From the NCBI GenBank assembly GCA_044221045.1, contig JBGAPX010000001.1, positions 56,608 through 120,607 of the forward strand: DNA of 64,000 bases, in the 5' to 3' direction. The translations under genes and the position numbers were made by a program. The first letter of the stretch is position 1; every line of letters begins with the position of its first letter. A model generated the notes under the pieces. That model did not search any database. It had not been told where the DNA came from and worked only from the letters and a program-made list of their open reading frames with translations. Shown in pieces: positions 1 to 10,734 of this stretch. Source of the DNA: Gemmatimonadales bacterium. GTDB taxonomy: Bacteria > Gemmatimonadota > Gemmatimonadetes > Gemmatimonadales > GWC2-71-9.

Positions 1-27
1 GCGCATCCGATACCGGGTCCCGGGTGG

Positions 28-312
28 CTAGCGCTCCCACTCCACCAGGCGGGAAATCCGCTGCACCTGGTCCTTGGGCACCACCAGGTGCCGGTGGGCG
101 GCCCGGACCCCGAACTTGAGGGTCTTCCGCAGGAACTCCTCGCGCGAGGCGGCCCCGGGCCCGTCCATGTGCTCGGCCACGTCGTGGAGCAGGACGCCGG
201 CCGGGGTCTCCTCGTGGTAGCGGCCCACGTAGAGGGTGCTGCCGGTGGTCTCCAGGACCACGGTGATGCCGTGGAGCTCGGCGTGGCCCGGGTGAAAGAC
301 GTGCCCCGACAT
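28..312 (-). CDS. small conserved hypothetical protein (94 aa), possible Sm/LSm-like fold; last gene of the suf cluster
   Basis: ORF 28..312; its start overlaps the stop of the upstream bacilliredoxin gene (catca at 310-314); non-repetitive composition; GITVVLETTGSTLYVGRYHEE..GVLLHDV resembles an Sm1 motif (recalled, not searched). Confidence 0.55.
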   Translation of the reverse strand: MSGHVFHPGHAELHGITVVLETTGSTLYVGRYHEETPAGVLLHDVAEHMDGPGAASREEFLRKTLKFGVRAAHRHLVVPKDQVQRISRLVEWER

Positions 313-752
313 CAGACGGCGGACGTGGCGCAGTGCTTGTCGAACGCCGCGGTCAGGCTCCGGGCAATCTCGGCCGGCGCGTGGCCTTCGATCATGTGGC
401 GATGCACGAAGTGCACGACCTCGCCGTCCCGGAACAGCGCCATCGACGGGCTGCTCGGCGCGTAGTCGGCGAAGTACTGCCGGGCCCGCGCGGTGGCTTC
501 CGTGTCCTGCCCGGCGAAGACGGTCACCACCTGCTGCGGGCGGACCCCGTGCTGGAGCGCCAGGGCCAGCGCGGGCCGCGCGCCGCCCGCGGCGCAGCCG
601 CAGACCGAGTTCACCACCACCAGGGTGGTGCCCTTCTGGTCGCCGAGGGCGGCATCGACCTCGGCCACCGTGGTGAGTTCGCGGGCGCCCATGCGGACCA
701 TCTCGTCACGCATCGGCTGCACCATCCGCGGATCGTAGGGCATCTGCTTCAC
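312..752 (-). CDS. bacilliredoxin-like thiol oxidoreductase (YphP/YqiW, DUF1094 family)
   Basis: 146 aa ORF; NSVCGCAAG redox motif (CGC) and length typical of BrxA/BrxB-type proteins. Confidence 0.75.
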   Translation of the reverse strand: MKQMPYDPRMVQPMRDEMVRMGARELTTVAEVDAALGDQKGTTLVVVNSVCGCAAGGARPALALALQHGVRPQQVVTVFAGQDTEATARARQYFADYAPSSPSMALFRDGEVVHFVHRHMIEGHAPAEIARSLTAAFDKHCATSAV

Positions 753-797
753 TCCTTGAAGGTGTCGCGACCGGCGGGGAAGCTCCCGCCCGCCGTG

Positions 798-1253
798 CTA
801 GGTATGGGATCCGGCCGGTTCGTTCCCGGCCTGGTCGCGCAGGGCGCTGCTCAGCGCATGCCACGCGAGGCTGGCGCACTTGACCCGGGCCGGGAACTCC
901 CGCACGCCGGCGAACACCGCCAGCTTGGCCGGCAGGTCATCGGCCGGCCCGCCGGCCCCGGTGACCATCCGGTGGAAGCTGTCGAACATCCGGCCGGCCT
1001 CCGCGAGGGTCTTGCCCTTCACCACGGTGGTCATGAGCGAGGCGGAGGCCTTGGAAATGGCGCACCCGGAGCCCAGAAAGCTCACGTCGGCGATGCGGTC
1101 GCCGTCCAGCTTGAGCCAGACCTTGAGCTGGTCGCCGCAGAGCGGATTGTACCCTTCCGCGGCGCGGTCGGGCGCCTCGAGCTCCCGGTAGTTCCGCGGG
1201 GCCCGGTTGTGGTCGAGGATGAGGCTCTGGTAGAGCTCGCTGGCGTCGGTCAT
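798..1253 (-). CDS. sufU: SUF-type Fe-S scaffold/sulfur acceptor SufU (NifU/IscU-like N-terminal domain)
   Basis: Real start is internal ATG (MTDASELYQSLILDHNRAPRN) of ORF 798..1730; motifs NPLCGD, GSGCAIS, ARVKCASLAW; ATGA overlap with sufS stop at 1250-1253. Confidence 0.9.
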   Translation of the reverse strand: MTDASELYQSLILDHNRAPRNYRELEAPDRAAEGYNPLCGDQLKVWLKLDGDRIADVSFLGSGCAISKASASLMTTVVKGKTLAEAGRMFDSFHRMVTGAGGPADDLPAKLAVFAGVREFPARVKCASLAWHALSSALRDQAGNEPAGSHT

Positions 1254-2518
1254 GCGCCGAACACCCTCCGGGCCTCGCGCAGCCCCGCGACCATCTGGTC
1301 GACCTCCTCGAGGGTATTGTAGGCAGCGAACGACGCCCGGACCGTGCCCGGCACGCCGAAGCGCTCCATCAGGGGCTGGGCGCAATGATGGCTCGCCCGG
1401 ACCGCCACCCCATGCAGGTCGAGCACGGTACCCACGTCGTGCGGGTGGATTCCCTCGAGTACGAACGACAGCACCCCGACCCGGTGGGCGGCGGTGCCGA
1501 TGACGCGGGCACCGGGAAGCGCCGCGACCTGCTCGGTGGCATGGGTGAGCAGCCGGGCCTCGTGCCGTTCCAGGGCCGCCCAGTCGAGCGCCTGGAGCCA
1601 GCGGATGGCCGCGCCCAGGCCGATCACCTGGCTGATGGGCGGCGTCCCCGCCTCGAACCGCGCCGGCACCGGGGCGTAGGTGGTCCTCTCGAAAGTCACC
1701 CGCTGGATCATCCCGCCCCCGCCCTGCCACGGCGGCATCGCCTCGAGCAGCGGCAGCCGGCCGTACAGGAAGCCGACCCCGGTGGGCCCGTACATCTTGT
1801 GCGCGCTGGCGGCGTAGAAGTCGGCGCCGAGCGCCTGCACGTCCACCTGGAGGTGCGGCACCGCCTGGGCGCCGTCCACCACCAGCACGCCGCCCACCGC
1901 ATGCACCCGGTCGGCGAGCTCGCGGACGGGATTCACCGTGCCCAGCACGTTGGAGACGTGGGCCACGGCGACGATGCGCGTGCGGGGCGTCAGGAAGTCC
2001 GGCAGCCGGGCCAGGTCCAGCTCGCCGCGGTCGGTCACGGGCAGCGCCCGGATCCGGGCGCCGGTGGCCTCGGCCACCAGCTGCCAGGGCACGATGTTCG
2101 AGTGGTGCTCCATCGCCGTCAGCAGGATCTCGTCCCCCGCCCGGAGCGCCGACCGCCCGTAGCTCTGCGCCACCAGGTTGAGCGCCGCGGTGGTTCCGGA
2201 GGTGAAGACGATCTCGGCGGCGTCGGCGGCATGGAGGAAGCCGCGCACCTGCTCCCGCACCGCGTCGTAGCGCTGGGTGGCGCGCTGGCTCAGGGTATGG
2301 ACGCCGCGATGGACGTTGGCGTTCTCCAGCAGCGCGAAGTCGGCCTCGGCCTCGACCACCGGGCGGGGCCGCTGGCTGGTGGCGCCATTGTCCAGGTAGG
2401 CCAGCGGCTTCCCGTTGACGCGACCGCGGAGCACGGGGAAGTCGTGCCGGAGCCGGGCCACGTCGAGCTGGCCCGCCTCCGCCTGTGCCGCCACCGCCTG
2501 GCTCCGCACGCTGGTCAT
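1250..2518 (-). CDS. sufS: cysteine desulfurase SufS (class V aminotransferase)
   Basis: 422 aa; PLP-lysine motif SAHKMYGPTGVG and catalytic-Cys motif RASHHCAQP. Confidence 0.95.
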   Translation of the reverse strand: MTSVRSQAVAAQAEAGQLDVARLRHDFPVLRGRVNGKPLAYLDNGATSQRPRPVVEAEADFALLENANVHRGVHTLSQRATQRYDAVREQVRGFLHAADAAEIVFTSGTTAALNLVAQSYGRSALRAGDEILLTAMEHHSNIVPWQLVAEATGARIRALPVTDRGELDLARLPDFLTPRTRIVAVAHVSNVLGTVNPVRELADRVHAVGGVLVVDGAQAVPHLQVDVQALGADFYAASAHKMYGPTGVGFLYGRLPLLEAMPPWQGGGGMIQRVTFERTTYAPVPARFEAGTPPISQVIGLGAAIRWLQALDWAALERHEARLLTHATEQVAALPGARVIGTAAHRVGVLSFVLEGIHPHDVGTVLDLHGVAVRASHHCAQPLMERFGVPGTVRASFAAYNTLEEVDQMVAGLREARRVFGA

Positions 2519-2525
2519 CGTCTTC

Positions 2526-3689
2526 CTAGGCCTCCACCCGCTCCTCGAGCCGCTGCATCACCACCGCCTCGAGCGCCGCCCGGACCGCCTCGTGCGGGAT
2601 CTCCTCCAGCACCTCCGCCGCGAAGGCGTAGGTGAGGATCTTCCGGGCCAGCGCCCCGCCGATGCCGCGGCTCTTGAGGTAGAACGCCGCCTGCTGGTCG
2701 AGGGCGCCCACCGTGGCGCCGTGGGTGCACTTCACGTCGTCGGCGAAGATCTCGAGCTGCGGCTTGGTGTCGATCCGCGCCGTGTCCGAGAGCAGCAGCG
2801 CCCGGTTGGTCTGCTTGGCGTCGGTCTTCTGGGCAATCGGCGTGACATAGATCTTGCCGTTGAACACGCCGTGCGAGCGGCCGTCCAGGATGCCCTTGTA
2901 GATCTCGCGGGTGCCGCAGTCCGGGTGGGCGTGAAGCAGGCTGGTGTGGTTGTCCACCTCCTGCCGGCCGCGGCCCATGTAGAGCCCGAGCATGTGGGCG
3001 TCCACCCCGGGACCGTCCAGGATCACGTCCAGGTTGTTGCGGCAGAGGGCGGCGCCGAAGCTCACCGAGAACGAGAGCCCGTGGCTGTCCCGGCCGTGGC
3101 GGATGTGGGTCGTGCCCACGTGGTAGGCGCGCTCGCTCTCGCGCTGGATCTTGGTGTGCTCCAGCGTCGCGCCGTCCCCGACGATCGCCTCGGTCACGGC
3201 GTTGGTCAGGTAGGCCGCGTCGTCGAGGCCCACGTAGCTCTCCAGCACCGCCACCCGCGCGCCCCGCTCCACCAGGAGGAAGTTGCGCGGGTGCGTCGCG
3301 GCCCCGGCCGCCTGGCCGGCGGTGACGAAGACCGCGTGGATCGGCGCGGTGGCCTGCACCCCGGCCGCCACCCGCACGAACAGGCCGTCCTTCACGAACG
3401 CGGTATTGAGCGCGGTGAAGCCGTTGGCGTCCGGCGTGGCGTAGCGCCCCAGGTGCCGGCCCAGCAGCTCGGACTCGGCGGCCAGCGCGGCGGCGAGCGG
3501 CTGCACCGTGACGCCGGCCGGCAGGGCGGGCAGGGTCGACAGCGCCGGCGTGTACCGGCCGTTCACGAACACCAGGGTGACCACCCCGGGGATGGCGTAG
3601 AGGTAGGGCGCCAGCGCCTCGCGGGTAACCCGGCCCTCCGCCGGCTGCGCCAGACGGAACGGCTCGGCCACGAGCGGCGCCAGGTTCAC
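2526..3689 (-). CDS. sufD: Fe-S cluster assembly protein SufD (5' end unresolved; conserved N-terminus continues upstream without a start codon)
   Basis: 387 aa from GTG; C-terminal FNGKIYV..QKTDAKQTNRALLLS..PQLEIFADDVKCTHGATVG; upstream same frame reads WLAGLRQAGLDRFQAAGFPSSRDEDWRF, see finding. Confidence 0.9.
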   Translation of the reverse strand: MNLAPLVAEPFRLAQPAEGRVTREALAPYLYAIPGVVTLVFVNGRYTPALSTLPALPAGVTVQPLAAALAAESELLGRHLGRYATPDANGFTALNTAFVKDGLFVRVAAGVQATAPIHAVFVTAGQAAGAATHPRNFLLVERGARVAVLESYVGLDDAAYLTNAVTEAIVGDGATLEHTKIQRESERAYHVGTTHIRHGRDSHGLSFSVSFGAALCRNNLDVILDGPGVDAHMLGLYMGRGRQEVDNHTSLLHAHPDCGTREIYKGILDGRSHGVFNGKIYVTPIAQKTDAKQTNRALLLSDTARIDTKPQLEIFADDVKCTHGATVGALDQQAAFYLKSRGIGGALARKILTYAFAAEVLEEIPHEAVRAALEAVVMQRLEERVEA

Positions 3690-3828
3690 GAAGCGCCAGT
3701 CCTCGTCCCGGCTGCTCGGGAAGCCCGCCGCCTGGAAGCGGTCGAGCCCCGCCTGCCGGAGGCCGGCCAGCCAGCCGCCGGCGGGCCGCTCCGGGCCACG
3801 GCCTCGTAGTCCTGGAGGATCACGCCGC

Positions 3829-4596
<768 letters not shown>

Positions 4597-4636
4597 GCAC
4601 AGTGGCCGGCGGGGCGCGCGGTCGCGCGCCCGCCCG

Positions 4637-6081
<1,445 letters not shown>

Positions 6082-6085
<4 letters not shown>

Positions 6086-6807
6086 GCCTGCTCCTCACGG
6101 GCCGGACGCGCCGGCCCCTCCAGGACGGTCAGTGCGGGGCCCGCGCCCGGGAACTGCACCCGGTACTCGCAGGCGGGGCACCCCTCCAGCATGTGCGACT
6201 CGCGATGCACCGCGGCCGCCAGGACCTCCTCCAGGAACCGCCGCTCCGCCGCGCAGATCTCGGGGAAGCGCTCGGCCAGGGCGCGGATGGCGCAGTTGTG
6301 CTCGGTCAGGCGGAGCCCCTGCTCGCCGTCGTGCCACTCCGCCATGTAGCCGCCCGCCACCAGCGCCCGCATCACCACGTCCATCCGCCGCTCCGGCGAG
6401 GCGTCGGTGAGCTCCACCTGGAGCTTGCGGGCCAGGTCGCTGAACCGGGTCTCGAAGGCGCTCACCACCGCCTGGCGGCCCGCCTGCTCCGCCACCCGGT
6501 CCAGCACCTCGGTCAGCAGCTCCTTGTACCGCTGCGGGAAGAGCGCCTCGCCGGTGGCACTCAGGTGCCAGGCGTAGGTCGGCGCCCCGACCCCACGCTG
6601 CTCCCGCCGGTACCCGATCACCGCCTCGGTCTCCAGCTCCCGCAGGTGATGGCGGATGGCATTGGAGGAAAGGCCGAGCTGCTCCGAGAGCTCGCGCGCG
6701 GTGAGCGCGCCGGCGCGCTTGAGCGCCACCAGGATGGCGCCCCGCGGCCCCTTGTACGCGGGCGGGAGCGTCTGCTCGGCGAGTGGCTCGGAGATCGAGG
6801 TACCCAT
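6082..6807 (-). CDS. sufR: SufR-like Fe-S-sensing transcriptional regulator (winged HTH + C-terminal Cys cluster)
   Basis: ORF 6082..6846; N-terminal HTH ([34 protein letters not shown]), C-terminal cysteines HNC..EIC..GCPAC; ATGA overlap with sufB. Start placed at ATG 6807 because the TTG at 6846 is part of a TTGACA -35-like hexamer. Confidence 0.75.
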
Positions 6808-6884
6808 GGCGACCGCAACCCTAAGGCTCGGATCGGGATTTGTCAACTAATTACCAATGAATTGGGGCGAATGTCCAAGTTGTT

Positions 6885-6894
6885 GTTCATGAAC
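6885..6894. promoter_or_regulatory. perfect 10-bp palindrome GTTCATGAAC upstream of sufR
   Basis: Read directly; lies in the lower-GC sufR/def intergenic region, 40-80 nt upstream of the sufR start candidates. Confidence 0.3.
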
Positions 6895-7018
6895 GGCTTT
6901 CGTTGGTGTTTCCGGGATGTCCGCGGCAGGCCGGCCCAGCGACCCTGGGGGTCTCCGGCCCCGCCCCGGACCGGAAACCGGGGTTAGGTGGCCACGCAGA
7001 GGTTGTGATGAGTACTAC

Positions 7019-7032
7019 CAACGTATCTGTTG
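7019..7032. promoter_or_regulatory. CAAC-N6-GTTG palindrome (matches the cyanobacterial SufR-box consensus)
   Basis: CAACgtatctGTTG read directly; GTTG arm overlaps a TTGACA hexamer; between sufR (minus) and def (plus). Confidence 0.35.
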
Positions 7033-7159
7033 ACATGAAAGCGCTTATCGTGCTTCATCCCACCTGCTCCGTTCCCCATTTTCTCGCGTCGTCTCCCGCT
7101 CCCTATTGTGGTCCCCACCCCTTCGTACAAGATTGGGTCGTCTCGTTCCCGGACCCTGG

Positions 7160-7731
7160 ATGACCATTCACCGCATTCGCATGCTCGGCGACCCGATTCT
7201 CCGGACCCGCTGTGAGCCGATCGCCAAGCCGCAGTCGGCGGCGGTGCGCGTGGTGGTCGATGACCTGCGCGAGACGCTGCGGGACTTCCAGTCCCGCTTC
7301 GGGTACGGCCGCGGCATCGCCGCGCCGCAGATCGGCGCGCCGGTCCGCATCGTCTACATCGAGATGGAGCAGCCCTGGCCGCTCATCAATCCGAGATCGT
7401 GGACGTCGGCAACGAGGACTTCACCGTCTGGGACGACTGCTTCTCGTTCCCCAACCTCCTGGTGCGGGTCTCCCGCGCGCACCACATCAAGGTGCGCTAC
7501 CAGGACCAGAAGGGCGCGTGGCACATCGCCGAGCTCGAGGGCGACCGCGCCGAGCTGGTGCAGCACGAGATCGACCACCTCGACGGCGTCCTCGCCGTGG
7601 ACCGCCCGCACGGCCTGGATCCCTTCTGCCTGCGCGAGGAATGGAACCGGCAGCACGCGCACGAGGGCCGCTACGGCGAACCCGAGCCGCGCTCCGAGAG
7701 CTACGCTGTCCCGCTGACCGGACTGCTGTAG
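7160..7731 (+). pseudogene. def: peptide deformylase, one frameshift at ~7391-7395 (probable sequence error)
   Basis: N-terminal part in ORF 7106..7717 (MTIHRIRMLGDPILR.. GIAAPQIG) and C-terminal part in ORF 7399..7731 (DDCFSFP, HEIDHLDG); LINP|EIVDVG junction restored by one extra base in AATCC-GAGATC. Confidence 0.9.
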
Positions 7732-7776
7732 CCCTCCTGGTCGTAACGCTGGGGGAACGGGGCCCGCACCACGGCC

Positions 7777-7834
7777 CCTTCCCCCTTCCCTTTTCCCTCT
7801 TCCCCTTTCCCTCTTCCCGCTTCCCCTGTTCCCC
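7777..7834. repeat. heptamer array, C-rich strand up: (NNTTCCC)x7-8
   Basis: ccttccc ccttccc ttttccc tcttccc ctttccc tcttccc gcttccc; preceded by hairpin GGGGAACGGGGCC/GGCCCCTTCCCCC (7751-7785); between def stop and next ATG (7853). Confidence 0.9.
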
Positions 7835-7852
7835 ATCCCCACCCTGCCGCCG

Positions 7853-8290
7853 ATGCCTTCCCGTCCCCGCTACGCCCCGCACCCGAGTCTCGCCCGCATG
7901 CAGGGAGCGGAGGCCGATCCCGCCGCCTACCTCCGCGCGGCGCCGGGGATGGTCGACGCGATGTACGCCGCCCGCCCCGCCCTGCGGCCGCTCCACGACG
8001 CGCTCGAGGAGCTCGCGCTGGCACTCGGGCCCGACATCCGGCTCTGTCCCAGCCAGACGATCGTGCCGATCTACCGCAAGCACGTGATCGCGCAGATCAA
8101 GCCCGCGACGAAGACCCGGATCGACTTCGGGCTGGCGCTCGGCGCGCTCAAGGGCAAGGGCCGGCTGCTGGATACGGGCGGCTACGCGAAGAAGGACCGG
8201 ATCACCCACCGGATCGCGGTGGCGTCACTGGCGGACCTGGACGACGAACTGCGGGAGTGGCTGCGGCGGGCCTACGAGCTCAACGGCTGA
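7853..8290 (+). CDS. hypothetical protein (DUF5655/DUF4287-like)
   Basis: 145 aa ORF; segment IVPIYRKHVIAQIKPATKTRIDFGLAL..RITHRIAVASLADLDDELREWLRRAY recalls DUF5655 proteins; start uncertain (internal Met alternatives). Confidence 0.55.
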   Translation: MPSRPRYAPHPSLARMQGAEADPAAYLRAAPGMVDAMYAARPALRPLHDALEELALALGPDIRLCPSQTIVPIYRKHVIAQIKPATKTRIDFGLALGALKGKGRLLDTGGYAKKDRITHRIAVASLADLDDELREWLRRAYELNG

Positions 8291-8296
8291 GCGGGG

Positions 8297-8920
8297 TCAT
8301 GGTGCCGCGGCGCGGCGCACCACGCGGCCCCGGGCGTCCATCCGGTCGAGGTTGGCCTGGATGCGCTGCACGTAGTTGAGCGTCTCCTGGTGACGCCAGC
8401 CACGGACTTCAGGCGCCACCAGCGCGATGCTGGTCCACAGCGCCGGGTCGAGCGCGCGGGAGCGCGCCAGGGTGCGGGCCCGCAGGATGGGCACCCGGCC
8501 GGCGTTGTAGCTGGCGAACATGAAGTGCCGGTGGTCGTCCGCGCTCACCGAGTCGCCGAGCCACATGCGCCACAGCCGCCGGTCGTAGTAGATGCCGGCG
8601 GCGATGTTCCACTCGTCGTTGTCGATGGCGGTGAAGTCCGGGTTGCGCGATTGCACCTCGGTGAAGGTGCTCGGCATGAGCTGCATCACCCCGCGGGCGC
8701 CCACCCAGCTGGTGGCGGCGGGGTTGAGGTTGCTCTCGGTCATGCCCTGGGCCTTGAACAGGCGCCAGTCGAAGCCGATGCCGAAGAACCGCTTGCTGTA
8801 CTTGCGGAAGGTGGGGTCGTAGCGGTCGGTGACCGCCTGGGCGCGGAGCGGCAGCCCGAGGAGGAGCGGGAGCAGGGCGGGGAGGAGCCACCGCCCGAGG
8901 GCGCCGCGGAGCCGGGCCAT
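8297..8920 (-). CDS. lytic transglycosylase (SLT domain), secreted
   Basis: Internal start MARLRGALGRWLLPALLPLLLGLPLRAQA (signal) in ORF 8297..9172; catalytic region AQGMTESNLNP..GARGVMQLMPSTF..AGIYY..SYNAG. Confidence 0.85.
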   Translation of the reverse strand: MARLRGALGRWLLPALLPLLLGLPLRAQAVTDRYDPTFRKYSKRFFGIGFDWRLFKAQGMTESNLNPAATSWVGARGVMQLMPSTFTEVQSRNPDFTAIDNDEWNIAAGIYYDRRLWRMWLGDSVSADDHRHFMFASYNAGRVPILRARTLARSRALDPALWTSIALVAPEVRGWRHQETLNYVQRIQANLDRMDARGRVVRRAAAP

Positions 8921-9123
8921 CAGTTGAGCGCGCCGCCGATGATGAGCGCGATCGACACGAAGATCGCGGCGACGAAGATGGCCACCGCGACGTTCCCCTT
9001 GCGCAGCTCCTCCGCGAAATTCACCTCCGGGGTGAGCTTGTCGAAGGCGCGATACGATACGTACATCAGCACCACGCCCAGCGCGGCGTAGAGGAAGTTC
9101 AATCCGATGATGCTCCATTCCAT
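8920..9123 (-). CDS. small membrane protein, DUF350-like
   Basis: 67 aa from MEWSIIGLNFLYAALGVVLMYVSY..; two hydrophobic helices; ATGA overlap with SLT gene start; rest of ORF 8920..9846 is Arg/Gly/Pro-rich artefact. Confidence 0.6.
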   Translation of the reverse strand: MEWSIIGLNFLYAALGVVLMYVSYRAFDKLTPEVNFAEELRKGNVAVAIFVAAIFVSIALIIGGALN

Positions 9124-9198
9124 CGTGCCTCCGGGGCAGGTGGTGCAGGGCGGGTGGCCGGGATGCGTCCAATATGGCAACGGAACCGGCCGAGCGAC

Positions 9199-9786
9199 AT
9201 GCGCCTGACCTCCTGCCTCCTGCTGGCCCTGGCGGCCGCCCCGCTTGGGGCGCAGGCCGCGCCCGACAGCGCCGCCCGGCCCATCGTGGCCGCCGGGGTG
9301 TTCCGCGCCGCCGCGCTGGTCGATTCCGTCTACCTCGACCGCCAGCGCGACAGCGCCACCGTGGACGCCGGGGACTTCACCGCGTACCTCATGGCGCGGC
9401 TGGGGCTCCGGGTGATTCCCCCCGACTTCGGCTTCACCGTCACCGCCGACACGCTGCAGCTCCGCATCGGCGGGCGCATCGCCGACCTGCCGGCCGAGGC
9501 GCGCCAGGCGCTGGCGCAGCTGGTGTACCTGCTGCCGCCCGACAGCCGGCTCGAGGGGCAGGTGGAGCTGCTCCCGGCGGGCCGCGAGGCGGTGCGCTTC
9601 CACCTGCGGGGCGCCGCGGTCCGCGGCATCCCCGTGCCGGAGACGTTCCTGGCACTGCTCATGGCCGACATCGGCCGGAAGTACCCCGCGCTCACCGACA
9701 CCGGCCGCGATCTCTTCGTGCAGGTGCCGCCGGGGGCCGGGATGCGCCTGGTCGCCGGCGGCGTCGCCCTGCGGGGACCGCCCTGA
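9199..9786 (+). CDS. secreted hypothetical protein
   Basis: Start at MRLTSCLLLALAAAPLGAQA (signal peptide) inside ORF 9154..9786; non-repetitive sequence. Confidence 0.6.
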   Translation: MRLTSCLLLALAAAPLGAQAAPDSAARPIVAAGVFRAAALVDSVYLDRQRDSATVDAGDFTAYLMARLGLRVIPPDFGFTVTADTLQLRIGGRIADLPAEARQALAQLVYLLPPDSRLEGQVELLPAGREAVRFHLRGAAVRGIPVPETFLALLMADIGRKYPALTDTGRDLFVQVPPGAGMRLVAGGVALRGPP

Positions 9787-9866
9787 CGGGTTGCGGAAGC
9801 CCGTCTTGTTCGGCAACTTGGCCCCCGGATGCCGCCAGTCATTCACCCGCCGCTCGAGGTTGATCC

Positions 9867-10439
9867 ATGCTGCTCCTCCTGACCACCCTGCTGACCGCCC
9901 CGCCCGTCGCCGTTCCCACCGTCGCCGACACCGGCCGGACCATGAACGGCGTGACCATGCCCGCCACCATCGACGTCGGCGGGCACACGCTGTCGCTCAA
10001 CGGGATGGCGCTGCGCAAGAAGTTCATCATCAAGGTGTACGTGGCCGGGCTCTACGTGGCGGCCCCGTCCAGCAGCGCCGACGAGATCCTGGCCGCCGAC
10101 GCGCCGCGGCAGATGGTCATGCACTTCATCTCCGGGCACGGCACCAAGGACAAGATCTGCGGGGCCTGGAACGACGGCCTCAAGGACAACTCCCCGGGCG
10201 CCGGCGCCGAGCTCAAGCAGCAGTTCGTGGAGCTGTGCGGCATGATGCAGGACCTCAAGAACGGCGAGAGCCTCACCATCACGTACCTGCCCGGCACCGG
10301 CACCACGATCAACATCGCCGGCACCGACAAGGGCACCGTGGCGGGCAAGGACTTCGCCGACGCGATCCTGCGCTGCTGGATCGGCCCCAAGCCGGGCCCC
10401 GGCGAGGGCTTCAAGAAGAACCTGCTCGGCCAGTCCTGA
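9867..10439 (+). CDS. chalcone isomerase-like family protein, secreted
   Basis: 190 aa; N-terminal hydrophobic signal; KFIIKVYVAGLYV.. and FADAILRCWIG typical of bacterial chalcone-isomerase-like (Chalcone_3) proteins. Confidence 0.7.
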   Translation: MLLLLTTLLTAPPVAVPTVADTGRTMNGVTMPATIDVGGHTLSLNGMALRKKFIIKVYVAGLYVAAPSSSADEILAADAPRQMVMHFISGHGTKDKICGAWNDGLKDNSPGAGAELKQQFVELCGMMQDLKNGESLTITYLPGTGTTINIAGTDKGTVAGKDFADAILRCWIGPKPGPGEGFKKNLLGQS

Positions 10440-10442
10440 GCC

Positions 10443-10721
10443 GTGGCCGATCCGGAAGCGGAGCTCCGGGCCCTCTCGGGGGCCCGGCGCCGGGTGGCGC
10501 TGTCGCTCACGGCCGCCATGGTCGTGATCTACTTCGGCTTCCTCGGCCTCATCGCCTGGCAGAAGCCGCTGCTCGGCACCCTGGTGCGCCCCGGGCTCTC
10601 GCTCGGGATCCTGCTCGGCGCCCTGGTGATCGTCTCCTGCTGGGTCCTCACCTGGCTCTACGTCCGCTGGACCAACACCCGCTACGACCCCGAGATCGCC
10701 CGCCTCCGGCGCCTCCTCTGA
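10443..10721 (+). CDS. DUF485 (YjcH-like) inner-membrane protein
   Basis: 92 aa, two TM helices, ends [13 protein letters not shown]; sits directly upstream of actP as in yjcH-actP operons. Confidence 0.8.
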   Translation: MADPEAELRALSGARRRVALSLTAAMVVIYFGFLGLIAWQKPLLGTLVRPGLSLGILLGALVIVSCWVLTWLYVRWTNTRYDPEIARLRRLL

Positions 10722-10734
10722 CGCCGGCCGCGCC

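Noticed and set aside
6844-6846. TTG at 6846 as the sufR start codon
   Set aside because: It is the first three bases of a TTGACA -35-like hexamer in an AT-richer promoter-like stretch. The in-frame ATG at 6807 gives a normal N-terminus before the HTH.
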